Source: Pseudomonas phage pPa_SNUABM_DT01
Sequence record: MW735835.1
DNA: 64,000 nt
Reading direction: 5' to 3' (one strand)
The position numbers and the translations under genes are program-made. Below, piece after piece: positions 36,910 through 45,516 of this stretch. Position 1 is the stretch's first letter, and every line of letters begins with the position of its first letter. The notes below the pieces were generated by a model. That model was not told where the DNA came from, searched no databases, and saw nothing but the letters and a program-made list of their open reading frames with translations.

Positions 36910-38070
36910 ATGGCCTCTTCAAGTCAGTTGTCTGCAAAGTTTGCAGCGCTGTTGGTTGCCATTGCGGGTAAGATCAATGGAAAGCTGGATGCCGGAGCCA
37001 AGGCTGCGGACTCTGCACTCCTTGACGGTAAGAACATCACGCAGGTAGGGGCCGCAGCCATTGCAGCCAACCTGGGCGGTGTGAACGGCCGTAAAGGCGA
37101 GCTTCCATTCTTCACCCAAGATGGCGTCCCCATGGCTCTTGGCAGTGCTGAACTTTTGACGCAACTGCGAATGGCCAATGATGACACCACCATCGCCAAC
37201 CTCAAGAGCGCTTCGGTCTCGTTCTCCGAGATCTTCAACAAATGGAAGCGCATCAGCCACGGAAGCAACCTGGTGTTCCCGAACATCCCGGCTGAACTGG
37301 ATGGCTGGTCTTACGACAGCGGCACCGATCGAATCTCCTCGACCATCAATAGCGTCAGCTTGATCGGTATCATCAGTACCGATCGGTTCGACAGCTACGA
37401 GTTCGAGACCATCATGAAGTCCACTGCGGCGGACGACGATGGTGTGGGCATGTGCCTGGCGTTCAAGACCATAGGCTCTCGCGAGTACACCCTTTCGGTG
37501 ATGATCTCCGCAGGTGGGATCAGTCCAGCTGGTGGAGTGGTGAACGGGCAGTTGCCTCTCGTGATGGTGGCCGTCAACTACGGACAAGGTGCGGCGAACG
37601 GTCAGGAAATCCTGGCAGTGCAGAACCTGGGTGTCCCTGCTCAGATGTGGAACAACGGTGCGGACTTCGCTGCTGGTGTAAGGGTTGTGGCAAAGCGCAC
37701 AATCACCAACCAGCTCGAGATCACTTGTACCCGTGCCGACGGTTCGCCGTGGCCGACCCCGTTCTACTGGACCGGCGCATTGCCGACCATCTTCCAGACC
37801 AAATGTCCGATCGGTTACCTGGCTATTTCTCAGCCAGGGGCGACTTGGCAGAACGTCAAGCTCCCCACCTCGAAAGCCGATATCATCGACATGCGCGATC
37901 TGACCGTGTGGCGGTACTTGAACAACAACTGGGTGAACGCAGGTAAGGCGAACAACGCCGGCGTGCTGACTCCAGGGCGGCTGTACAAGAACAACATCGG
38001 AACGATGGGCTCGTACTACCTGGACTTCGAGGGTAACTTCATTACCCTCGGCGTACCGAACGTGCTGTAA
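36910..38070 (+). CDS. tail-fibre-like structural protein (386 aa)
   Basis: N-terminus 'MASSSQLSAKFAALLVAIAGKINGKLD' homologous to the N-terminus of fibre gene 21237. Confidence 0.55.
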   Translation: MASSSQLSAKFAALLVAIAGKINGKLDAGAKAADSALLDGKNITQVGAAAIAANLGGVNGRKGELPFFTQDGVPMALGSAELLTQLRMANDDTTIANLKSASVSFSEIFNKWKRISHGSNLVFPNIPAELDGWSYDSGTDRISSTINSVSLIGIISTDRFDSYEFETIMKSTAADDDGVGMCLAFKTIGSREYTLSVMISAGGISPAGGVVNGQLPLVMVAVNYGQGAANGQEILAVQNLGVPAQMWNNGADFAAGVRVVAKRTITNQLEITCTRADGSPWPTPFYWTGALPTIFQTKCPIGYLAISQPGATWQNVKLPTSKADIIDMRDLTVWRYLNNNWVNAGKANNAGVLTPGRLYKNNIGTMGSYYLDFEGNFITLGVPNVL

Positions 38071-38073
38071 TAG

Positions 38074-38100
38074 AGGGAGGGCTTCGGCCCTCCCCTTTTA
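38074..38100 (+). terminator. hairpin agggagggc-ttcg-gccctccc + CTTTTATGCGCC
   Basis: GC stem, TTCG loop, short T-run. Confidence 0.65.
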
Positions 38101-38126
38101 TGCGCCAAATCGTATGAATCGGGCTT

Positions 38127-38155
38127 TTGACTCGATTGTTTCATGGCACTACATT
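38127..38155 (+). promoter_or_regulatory. sigma70-like promoter TTGACT-17-TACATT
   Basis: Near-consensus -35, 17-nt spacer, 4/6 -10; ~80 nt upstream of gene 38234. Confidence 0.5.
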
Positions 38156-38233
38156 ATTCACACGGACAAGGTTATGCCAACACCCTACCCAGTGAAAGAG
38201 AGCCGCAGTTGAGACCGTAAAGGAAAGACTCTC

Positions 38234-38716
38234 ATGTCGAAAGGCAAATACGTAATTCCGGTGATTTTGGGGCAACCGGGCAGCGAGCTTTATCTCGTGA
38301 AAGGGGACTTGCCTCCGCGACAAGGTATGGCACTCGTTCGTTTGACTGGTGAACGCCAGCTGAACGCCAAGGACGAGAAAGAACTGGACAAACTCATCGA
38401 GCGGATGGGGCCGCCGAAGAATCGTCCAGCACGTCTGACGGAACTCACCTTCCTGAACGACACTGTCATCACCCTCGTTGACCAGCATGAGGCCACTCTC
38501 GTGCAAGGTTACATCAACAATACTCTGCCAGGTGCGTTCCGGGCTCCGGAATTGAACAACTGGTACATCTTCGAGCGCCAGGGTGATCTCACCCCGCTGA
38601 AGCTTGCTCGCTTCGCCATCAACCTGCTTGAGCGAAGTCAGCGCATGGAGCTTCTCGGAAACCTGTCGGGTAAGAGCGTGTCCTTCACGCACTACAAGTA
38701 CGACAACTTCCGTTGA
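38234..38716 (+). CDS. hypothetical protein (160 aa)
   Basis: 'aaaggaaagactctcATG'. Confidence 0.55.
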   Translation: MSKGKYVIPVILGQPGSELYLVKGDLPPRQGMALVRLTGERQLNAKDEKELDKLIERMGPPKNRPARLTELTFLNDTVITLVDQHEATLVQGYINNTLPGAFRAPELNNWYIFERQGDLTPLKLARFAINLLERSQRMELLGNLSGKSVSFTHYKYDNFR

Positions 38717-38721
38717 TCCTC

Positions 38722-38745
38722 ACGGCACTCCTTCGGGGGTGCCGT
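38722..38745 (+). terminator. hairpin acggcactcc-ttcg-ggggtgccgt + TTATGCCGC
   Basis: 10-bp stem, TTCG loop. Confidence 0.5.
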
Positions 38746-38808
38746 TTATGCCGCATGTCAAAGAAAACGAACCCATCATCAAGTATGTCACCAAGAGAGT
38801 ACTCATCA

Positions 38809-39909
38809 ATGTCGCAGCAAACTGAGCGGTACAACATCTTCTACCCGGCCATCTCGGTCGGTGATGTGCAAGCATCTTTCGGTGAAGGTCGCCGGATCGG
38901 TATCACCATGCAGGATGTGGCTGAGATCGTGAAAGTCACCGAGAACCTCAGTCAGGTCCCGGATGTGAGCGAGCTGCGCATCGTTCAGCGCAACAACAAG
39001 CCCTGCGTCAAACTGGGCAAGGTCCTCGTCGGCGTTCTGATGTGGCCGCCGGTCGAAGAGCTGGCGAACTGGGAGCAGTGGGAAAACTCCTTCGTCATCG
39101 AAGCGCCGGCCTGGTTGAAAGAAATGGCCATGGCGCAGAAGATCGCCGAGAAAGGTGTGGTCACCGAAACGATGGCCTCGATCTGGATCAAGGAGATGCG
39201 AGAGAAACTGGTAGCATTGAATCCCGATGATTCGACGCTCATCTATTTCGACTCCTTGAGCGAAATCGTACCCAACATCGACAAGGTGGGTGATACCCAC
39301 GTCGTTGTGCCGAACGCCGAGAACATGACTGAGGACATGATCGACGCGTCGCGTTCCCTGCTGCTTTATACCGACACCTTCAGCACTGCGAACATCCAGA
39401 GCATCCGTCGCAAGATTTCGTTGCGTCCCTGGACTGCCCGTCACCTGCCGAAGTGGTTCCTCGAGACCGACTGCCACCTGACCAAGGCTGGTCGCGCTAT
39501 GTTGGCGTACCACCTGACTCTAGCAGCCGCCATCGATCCGCCCGTGGAGGAAGAGAAATACTTCCACACCAAGGAACCCAAGCAGTTGACCGCCTACGGC
39601 GTAGAGCTGGTGCTGGATGCCAACGGTCGTCAGCTGGCTCTGACTCAGGCCTTCGAGTCCCTGTGGCTCAAGGTGGAAGACGGTCAGATGTTCGATCTGC
39701 AAGTCAACCGTCATCAGCTGCCTGACGAGTGGAAGGGTTTCTTCCGCAAGCAGGCCGTTGAGATCAGCGGCGTCATCCGTAAAGGTGAAGGCGGCGTCAT
39801 CGAACTGAAGAACCCCATAGTGCGTCTGGGTCTGAAGAACGAGTTCGCCGACATTGTCACCTACTCCATCAATCCTTCCGCGGACATCCCGCGTAACAAG
39901 AAGGTGTAA
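38809..39909 (+). CDS. hypothetical protein (~366 aa), start uncertain (in-frame ATGs at 38755, 38785, 38809)
   Basis: Long ORF; the first ATG lies inside the terminator tail so a downstream start was chosen. Confidence 0.5.
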   Translation: MSQQTERYNIFYPAISVGDVQASFGEGRRIGITMQDVAEIVKVTENLSQVPDVSELRIVQRNNKPCVKLGKVLVGVLMWPPVEELANWEQWENSFVIEAPAWLKEMAMAQKIAEKGVVTETMASIWIKEMREKLVALNPDDSTLIYFDSLSEIVPNIDKVGDTHVVVPNAENMTEDMIDASRSLLLYTDTFSTANIQSIRRKISLRPWTARHLPKWFLETDCHLTKAGRAMLAYHLTLAAAIDPPVEEEKYFHTKEPKQLTAYGVELVLDANGRQLALTQAFESLWLKVEDGQMFDLQVNRHQLPDEWKGFFRKQAVEISGVIRKGEGGVIELKNPIVRLGLKNEFADIVTYSINPSADIPRNKKV

Positions 39910-39911
39910 CC

Positions 39912-40370
39912 ATGGCTATCCACATGATGCTCGTGGCGTTCGGCACTAACGACCCTAGCACCGACAACGCTGCTCTGCTCAAGCACTGCGGTTGGAACCC
40001 GGAGACTGAAGGCCGGACTATCGACGGTGCTGTTCAACAGTACCAAGTCGATACCGAAGTGCCTGGCGTGAAGATCCGCATCGTCTCGATCATGGACAGG
40101 CAGATCGCTGCTGAGAACGTGACGGTGGTCTTCGAGAACGCGTTCCCTGAGGAACTCTCTCACGAAGAGTACATGACCCGGATCGATAAGATCGAGGCCA
40201 TCCTTCAGGAGTTCTATAAGCGCATCTCGCTGCCCGAGGACTTCAACACCACGTACTACAACCTCAATGGCGACACTGCTGTTGTTCTGCCAGGCATGGC
40301 CGGCAACCTGACTGCTGCACTCGCCTCCAGCCGTAAAGAAGATATCAAGGCCCAAAATGAAACTGAATGA
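39912..40370 (+). CDS. hypothetical protein (152 aa)
   Basis: 'aaggtgtaaccATG'. Confidence 0.5.
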   Translation: MAIHMMLVAFGTNDPSTDNAALLKHCGWNPETEGRTIDGAVQQYQVDTEVPGVKIRIVSIMDRQIAAENVTVVFENAFPEELSHEEYMTRIDKIEAILQEFYKRISLPEDFNTTYYNLNGDTAVVLPGMAGNLTAALASSRKEDIKAQNETE

Positions 40371-40620
40371 AGTCTTCATCGTCACCGCCATCGTTGGGAT
40401 CATTGCCACCAGTGTGGGTTGGGCTGATCCCGATGGCGCCAAGCAATTGTTGGAATCCGAAGGGTTCACTGGCGTGCAGATCAAAGGACGTACCTTCTTT
40501 GGCTGCGGCAAGACGGATATCTGGAGAACCGAGTTCAGTGCCAAGAACCCTCGCGAGATCCCGGTTCATGGGGTCATCTGCAAGAGCGTGACTGGCGAGG
40601 CCTACATCAGAAGGAAGTAA
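40357..40620 (+). CDS. hypothetical protein (87 aa)
   Basis: 14-nt overlap with the upstream gene. Confidence 0.45.
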   Translation: MKLNEVFIVTAIVGIIATSVGWADPDGAKQLLESEGFTGVQIKGRTFFGCGKTDIWRTEFSAKNPREIPVHGVICKSVTGEAYIRRK

Positions 40621-40623
40621 GGC

Positions 40624-41052
40624 ATGCAACAGGTACGTGTAGGGGTCGGCGTTATCATCATGCGTGATAACAAGATCCTGATGGGTAAGCGCAAGGGCAG
40701 TCATGGTGCGGGTTGCTATTCTGTCCCGGGCGGTCATCTGGAGTTCGGCGAGAACATCGGTGCCTGTGCCAAGCGTGAAGTTCTGGAAGAAACGGGGATC
40801 GTGCTTCTCGATCCCCTGGTCCAAGGTGGCTACACCAACGACATCTTCAGTGAAGAAGGCAAGCACTACGCCACGCTCTTTGTGGTGTCGCGCTTCAACG
40901 AGGGCGAAGCTCAGAACCTCGAGCCAGAGAAGTGTGATGGTTGGGCCTGGTACGACATGGCCGACCTTCCCCAGCCCTTGTTCTTGCCGTTCCAGAACTA
41001 CATGGACAAGGTGCACGAGCATCTGTTCGGCCGTGAGAAACTGACCGCCTAA
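40624..41052 (+). CDS. NUDIX hydrolase
   Basis: Nudix box 'GGHLEFGENIGACAKREVLEETGI'. Confidence 0.8.
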   Translation: MQQVRVGVGVIIMRDNKILMGKRKGSHGAGCYSVPGGHLEFGENIGACAKREVLEETGIVLLDPLVQGGYTNDIFSEEGKHYATLFVVSRFNEGEAQNLEPEKCDGWAWYDMADLPQPLFLPFQNYMDKVHEHLFGREKLTA

Positions 41053-41061
41053 GGAGCCGTC

Positions 41062-41334
41062 ATGTGCAAGCGTCTCGGTAAGAAGCACTTCCAGTACGTC
41101 GGCACCGATGGCCTGGATAAGTTGAAACAGGACAAGTCCCATTGGAACCCCAAGCGCCGGCTATGGGACACCTATCGGGTACAGATCCTGCTTGCCCACA
41201 CCAACTTGCGGGATGTCTATTGGAATCCCCAGCATAAAACCCCTGCCGGGATCGAGAAGAAGCTCACCCGCGCTAAAGCAGCTTACTACGCCAAACTCGA
41301 GAAGTACTACGAGCGCACTGGCAACGGCAAGTAA
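41062..41334 (+). CDS. hypothetical basic protein (90 aa)
   Basis: 'ctaaggagccgtcATG'. Confidence 0.5.
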   Translation: MCKRLGKKHFQYVGTDGLDKLKQDKSHWNPKRRLWDTYRVQILLAHTNLRDVYWNPQHKTPAGIEKKLTRAKAAYYAKLEKYYERTGNGK

Positions 41335-41373
41335 CTCATCAAGTATTTTCAGCAAAGAAGAAGGAAGAACGAC

Positions 41374-43245
41374 GTGACTGAAGCAATCCAATACCACGAA
41401 GCCCTGGACGAACTGCGCGCAGCCTCCGAGGCTCTCCTGAAAGATGGCGCCGGTGTCATCTTCACCACCCAGTGCCGTAAGAAGCTGGGCGAACAATATC
41501 TGCGCGCGATGGCCAACGCGGCCAAAGAGCTGAACATGGACGTCAACGAGGTGGTCACTCACTTCCGTTGCTCCACCTGCTCCCGCTTCATGGCCCGTGT
41601 GGGTCACCTGGTGATCTCCAACCCGGAAAACCCCTTCGCCGTTCGTTCTGTGTTCTGGAACCCGGCAGTCGTCACCGACCCGCTGATGAAACTGGTCGTG
41701 GCCGAGATGAAGCGTTACGTCGAGAGCGCTCGTATCCAGAACGTCTACAACGTGGACGGCCCGTACAAGCAGTACACCGAGGTGACCAACCTGGGCGGTA
41801 AAGAGTTCCGCCACTACTTCATCCCGCAGGCCGTGCTGACCCACCGCGTCCCGGTGCTGAACAACCCGATCAGCATCGCCGACTTCTCCAAGAAGTTCGA
41901 CCAGGTCGCAGCCCTGATCCGTTTCACCGGTGAAGTGTCGCTGGACACCGTGATGTACGTCGACGGCCTGTTCCAGGCGCGCATGATCGAACACGTCGGC
42001 GCGTCCGAGAAGACCATGGGTGATCTGAAGGCCCTGTTGGCCAGCCTGCAAGTGGCCAAGTCCACCTCGGACTACGGCCTGGCTCAGGGTGACTACAACA
42101 AGGAAACCATTCTGGTCAACACCATCTGGATGGCAGCCCTGCGCAACATGAACATGCTGTCGATCCGTGGTTCGATCCTCGGCAAGCTGCTGGCCTTCAC
42201 CCACGATGCCCTGGCCAAGGGCGCTCGTGAAGCGCAACTGGACGGCATCAAGAAGTTCTGGGCCACCCAGACCGACGGCCTGCACTACCAGCGCACCACC
42301 CGTGAGGCTAGCGAGTCGCAGCTCTCCAAGACCGCTCGTTTCCTGGAAGAAGGCGGCTGGAACGAGTCGCTGAAGCAGGTCGAAGCGGCCGAACTGGACC
42401 TGCCGGTACTCTGGCAAGCCAAGGAAGCCTGGACGTTCGAAGAAGGCCACAAAGCCATCTCCAACGACTTCGCTGCCTTCGCGGCCAAGAAGGGCGTCGA
42501 GCTGAACGATCCGACTCAACCGAAACCCATCGACCTCGGCTACTTCATCAACGAAGTCCTGCCGTTTGTCGAATCCATGGGCTTCGTGGCTACCGGCCTG
42601 ACCTTCATGCCGATCCTGGTGAACCGTATGGCCAACCTGGAAGCCAAGCCGATCTTCGTCTACGACACCCTCGAGAACCGCGCTCCGTTCATCCCGTGGC
42701 GTTACGACCGTAACTACTCGGTGCGTGAGCTGAACCCGCTGGCCAGCCTGACCAAGAACGGCGAGACCGTCCTGCCGGTGCTGTCGATCACCTCGGATTC
42801 CACCATTGGTTACAAGGGCCGTCGTCCTCAGGACAACGACATCTTCTTCCAGTTCGGTGGCATCTCGATGCCGCAAGCGCCGCGCCCGGCACTCTTCGCC
42901 GAGTCCATGGACAAGCAGTTCTACGAGCACCGTCGTGCGATCGAGGACTACTGCCGCAACACCATCGTACCGCGTTCGGAAACCCAGCAGTCGATCTCGA
43001 TGGTCTTCGGCCCGCGTCATCCGCAGGACCACTCGAATGTGTTCGTGCTCCTGCACGTGCGTTTCGGTGAAGAAGGCAAGGCCCGTTTCGGTGCGACCAA
43101 TGTGACCTACCGCTTCGATGCGCGCGGTTACACCGTCCAGCCGGACCTCAGCAAGTTCGAAGTGATTCGTGACCGGACCAAGGTCGCCGTCACCGAGCCG
43201 ACTGAAGCGCCGAAAGTGCCCACGGCAGAAGTCCGCGCACTGTAA
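41374..43245 (+). CDS. large hypothetical protein (623 aa)
   Basis: GTG start after 'gaagaaggaagaacgacGTG'; Cys cluster 'FRCSTCSRF'; no recognised catalytic motif. Confidence 0.6.
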   Translation: MTEAIQYHEALDELRAASEALLKDGAGVIFTTQCRKKLGEQYLRAMANAAKELNMDVNEVVTHFRCSTCSRFMARVGHLVISNPENPFAVRSVFWNPAVVTDPLMKLVVAEMKRYVESARIQNVYNVDGPYKQYTEVTNLGGKEFRHYFIPQAVLTHRVPVLNNPISIADFSKKFDQVAALIRFTGEVSLDTVMYVDGLFQARMIEHVGASEKTMGDLKALLASLQVAKSTSDYGLAQGDYNKETILVNTIWMAALRNMNMLSIRGSILGKLLAFTHDALAKGAREAQLDGIKKFWATQTDGLHYQRTTREASESQLSKTARFLEEGGWNESLKQVEAAELDLPVLWQAKEAWTFEEGHKAISNDFAAFAAKKGVELNDPTQPKPIDLGYFINEVLPFVESMGFVATGLTFMPILVNRMANLEAKPIFVYDTLENRAPFIPWRYDRNYSVRELNPLASLTKNGETVLPVLSITSDSTIGYKGRRPQDNDIFFQFGGISMPQAPRPALFAESMDKQFYEHRRAIEDYCRNTIVPRSETQQSISMVFGPRHPQDHSNVFVLLHVRFGEEGKARFGATNVTYRFDARGYTVQPDLSKFEVIRDRTKVAVTEPTEAPKVPTAEVRAL

Positions 43246-43290
43246 GTCCCTTGGGGGTGGACCTTCCACCCCCTTTCCATTCAAGATTCA

Positions 43291-43314
43291 TTCACTGATA
43301 CATCATGTCAGTGA
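43291..43314 (+). promoter_or_regulatory. promoter-like box variant 'TTCACTGATACATCATGTCAGTGA'
   Basis: Matches the conserved element at 14 of 18 core positions; 22 nt before GTG 43337. Confidence 0.45.
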
Positions 43315-43336
43315 ACATCCACTAGGAGTAACACCT

Positions 43337-44464
43337 GTGCTCAAGCCCACCCCGCTCGTACGTACCAAGCGCGATGAAATGACCTTCGGCATCCTGCCGG
43401 AATACGTTCCCCAGGACCTGGTCGGCAACATGAAAGGCGATGCTCGTCTGTACAGCTCCGACGAGATCTACAACCTGATGATGAAGATGGACGAAGGCTT
43501 CGTCGGCATGCGTCGTTCGGTCATCGACAAGACCGAAGCTGTACGTCAGCTGATCCTCTACGCCCTGGCCACCAAGCTGATCGGCGGCGTGCTGCACTAC
43601 GCTGTGTACCAGCGTGCTGCTGGCGCTGAAGCCCAGCTGAAAGACGGCTTCTCCATCGGCTTCGGCGGTCACGTCGAGAAGAAGGACCTGTGCAGCCACG
43701 TCTCGCTGGACGAACACGGCAACGAAGTGGAAGTGGAAGAAGTCCCGTCCTCCTTCTACTCCACCATGCGCTCCGGCATCCGTGAGCTGCAAGAAGAAGT
43801 GCTCTTCTACCACCCGAGCGACGTTGAGCGTCCGTTCACCCAGGAAGAGATCCTCAACCACATCGGCGCTGGCTTCGGCTACCGTCAGTTCGCGCTGGTG
43901 GAAGTGGAGAAGCTCTCCGAAGAACAGCAAGTCGCTTCCAAGTACAACCACGCCCACTTCGCCGTCATCGACGCCGATATCCCGGGTGCTGGCGCTCTAG
44001 TCGTCGAGAAGGACGTGTTCTTCGCCGGTGACGCATTCCGCGAACTGTTCCAGCAAGAACCGATCCGTCGTGTGCAGGGCGCCCAACTGGGCAGCAACGT
44101 CGTACCGTTCGCCTTCATCAGCGACCGTGACGTCGAAGGCAAGCCGGGCTTCGTCGGTAACACCCACCTGGGTCTGGCAGCCATCCTGCGCGTTGAAGGC
44201 GACATCTCCTTCAAGGTGCTGGAAGAGAAGTACACCACCATTGGTTGGAAGACCAAGGAAGAACTCCTCGAACTGCGCTCGCGCTGCGAACCGTGGACCC
44301 AGTACCTGCTGGAGCACATCGACGCCATCGAACTGATCGCGCGCAACGAGTGCTTCACCCAGCCGCCGCAAATGCAGGCTGCGCCGACCGTGGAAGAGCT
44401 GGCTGCCAAGCAAGCTGAAATCCCGGCCGAAGAAGGCCTGGTGGGCGACGAAACCGTCCACTAA
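43337..44464 (+). CDS. hypothetical protein (375 aa) with a possible interrupted Nudix-like fold
   Basis: GTG 43337 with AGGAG RBS; 'FSIGFGGHVE...(25-aa insert)...RSGIRELQEEVLF' resembles a split G-x5-E-x7-REUxEExGU box. Confidence 0.5.
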   Translation: MLKPTPLVRTKRDEMTFGILPEYVPQDLVGNMKGDARLYSSDEIYNLMMKMDEGFVGMRRSVIDKTEAVRQLILYALATKLIGGVLHYAVYQRAAGAEAQLKDGFSIGFGGHVEKKDLCSHVSLDEHGNEVEVEEVPSSFYSTMRSGIRELQEEVLFYHPSDVERPFTQEEILNHIGAGFGYRQFALVEVEKLSEEQQVASKYNHAHFAVIDADIPGAGALVVEKDVFFAGDAFRELFQQEPIRRVQGAQLGSNVVPFAFISDRDVEGKPGFVGNTHLGLAAILRVEGDISFKVLEEKYTTIGWKTKEELLELRSRCEPWTQYLLEHIDAIELIARNECFTQPPQMQAAPTVEELAAKQAEIPAEEGLVGDETVH

Positions 44465-44475
44465 GCAGTAACAAA

Positions 44476-44500
44476 GAGGTGAGGGGTCCGCCCTCACCTC
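44476..44500 (+). terminator. hairpin gaggtgaggg-gtccg-ccctcacctc
   Basis: 10-bp perfect stem after the stop. Confidence 0.45.
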
Positions 44501-44526
44501 TCTGCCGTCTCGCACATTCACCTGAT

Positions 44527-44545
44527 CTATCAAGGAATCATCATG
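44527..44545 (+). promoter_or_regulatory. initiation box 'TCTATCAAGGAATCATCATG'
   Basis: Copy of the conserved box; the ATG is the start of gene 44543. Confidence 0.45.
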
Positions 44546-45472
44546 TCTGACAAGAAACCCGCTACTGTTTTCATTGTTCATCGCAACGACGCAGTCCTCC
44601 CTGACGAGGTGCGTAAGAATTACAACATCTTTGAGATGTCTGAGAAGTGGAGCCTTTCTGCGCTGACGCCGGAGAACTTCGCGCTCATCAATCCCGAAGA
44701 CAAGGTCGTTGGTGTCGGTTACACCAAAGACGCCGAAGATGCATTCGGGTTCATCGACCCCGATTACGAGAAACTGTCGATGGACGCTGCCAAGCGTTTC
44801 TACGCTCGGCCCACTGTTGCCCATTTCTTGGGTCTGCTTCTGGGTTGGTCGATGGTCAACGAAGAGCTGGAGTCTTACGACGACGGTGATGGTGCCTCCT
44901 GGACCCGTGTCGATGACGAATGCTGGTACGGCGATATCGACTCTGTGATCCTGAACCTCGTCATGCCGAAGGATGGCGGCGGTGCCTGTGGCTGCGGTAG
45001 CAACTACGCCGCTGTGTTGTCGCTGGACAAGTTCCTGCGCACCCAGATGAACCACCCGTTCATCTCCAAGGATGAAGATGACATCCGCAAGGGTCATCTC
45101 GAAGACACCGTTTATCGTGAAGACCTGCTCGGCCACGCCTTCTGGTTCATTGCCTACGTCATGGACGCGGCGGGGATGACCGAACACGGCTCCGGCATTC
45201 GTCATGGCTGGCTGCAACTCAAAGGCGTCCTGTTGGCGCTGTTGATCGGCGAATCTATCCGGATGAGCACCTCTCAGGATGAGGAAGAGCCGGTCGACCA
45301 AGAAGTGCATGACGAATTCAACCCGACTAAAGAAAAGGCCATGGAAGCTGCCATCCATCTGGATAAAGACCTTCAGATGTTGATGGCTGGAACCTGGGTA
45401 CCCGATCGCCATTCCTGCGAAGCAGCACTGGATAACGTCGGGGTCGTCCGTCGGTTCATCGAATCCAAGTAA
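44543..45472 (+). CDS. hypothetical protein (309 aa)
   Basis: ORF track. Confidence 0.55.
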   Translation: MSDKKPATVFIVHRNDAVLPDEVRKNYNIFEMSEKWSLSALTPENFALINPEDKVVGVGYTKDAEDAFGFIDPDYEKLSMDAAKRFYARPTVAHFLGLLLGWSMVNEELESYDDGDGASWTRVDDECWYGDIDSVILNLVMPKDGGGACGCGSNYAAVLSLDKFLRTQMNHPFISKDEDDIRKGHLEDTVYREDLLGHAFWFIAYVMDAAGMTEHGSGIRHGWLQLKGVLLALLIGESIRMSTSQDEEEPVDQEVHDEFNPTKEKAMEAAIHLDKDLQMLMAGTWVPDRHSCEAALDNVGVVRRFIESK

Positions 45473-45493
45473 CTCGCACATCCACCTCCGAAC

Positions 45494-45516
45494 ATTCATC
45501 AAGGAATTTCACCATG
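45494..45516 (+). promoter_or_regulatory. initiation box 'CATTCATCAAGGAATTTCACCATG'
   Basis: Copy of the conserved box before the AAA+ gene. Confidence 0.45.

Noticed and set aside
41161-43284. 707-aa minus-strand ORF antisense to the 623-aa gene
   Set aside because: Arg/Gly/Val-rich composition typical of GC-driven antisense frames. No RBS. Would collide with upstream + genes and terminators.
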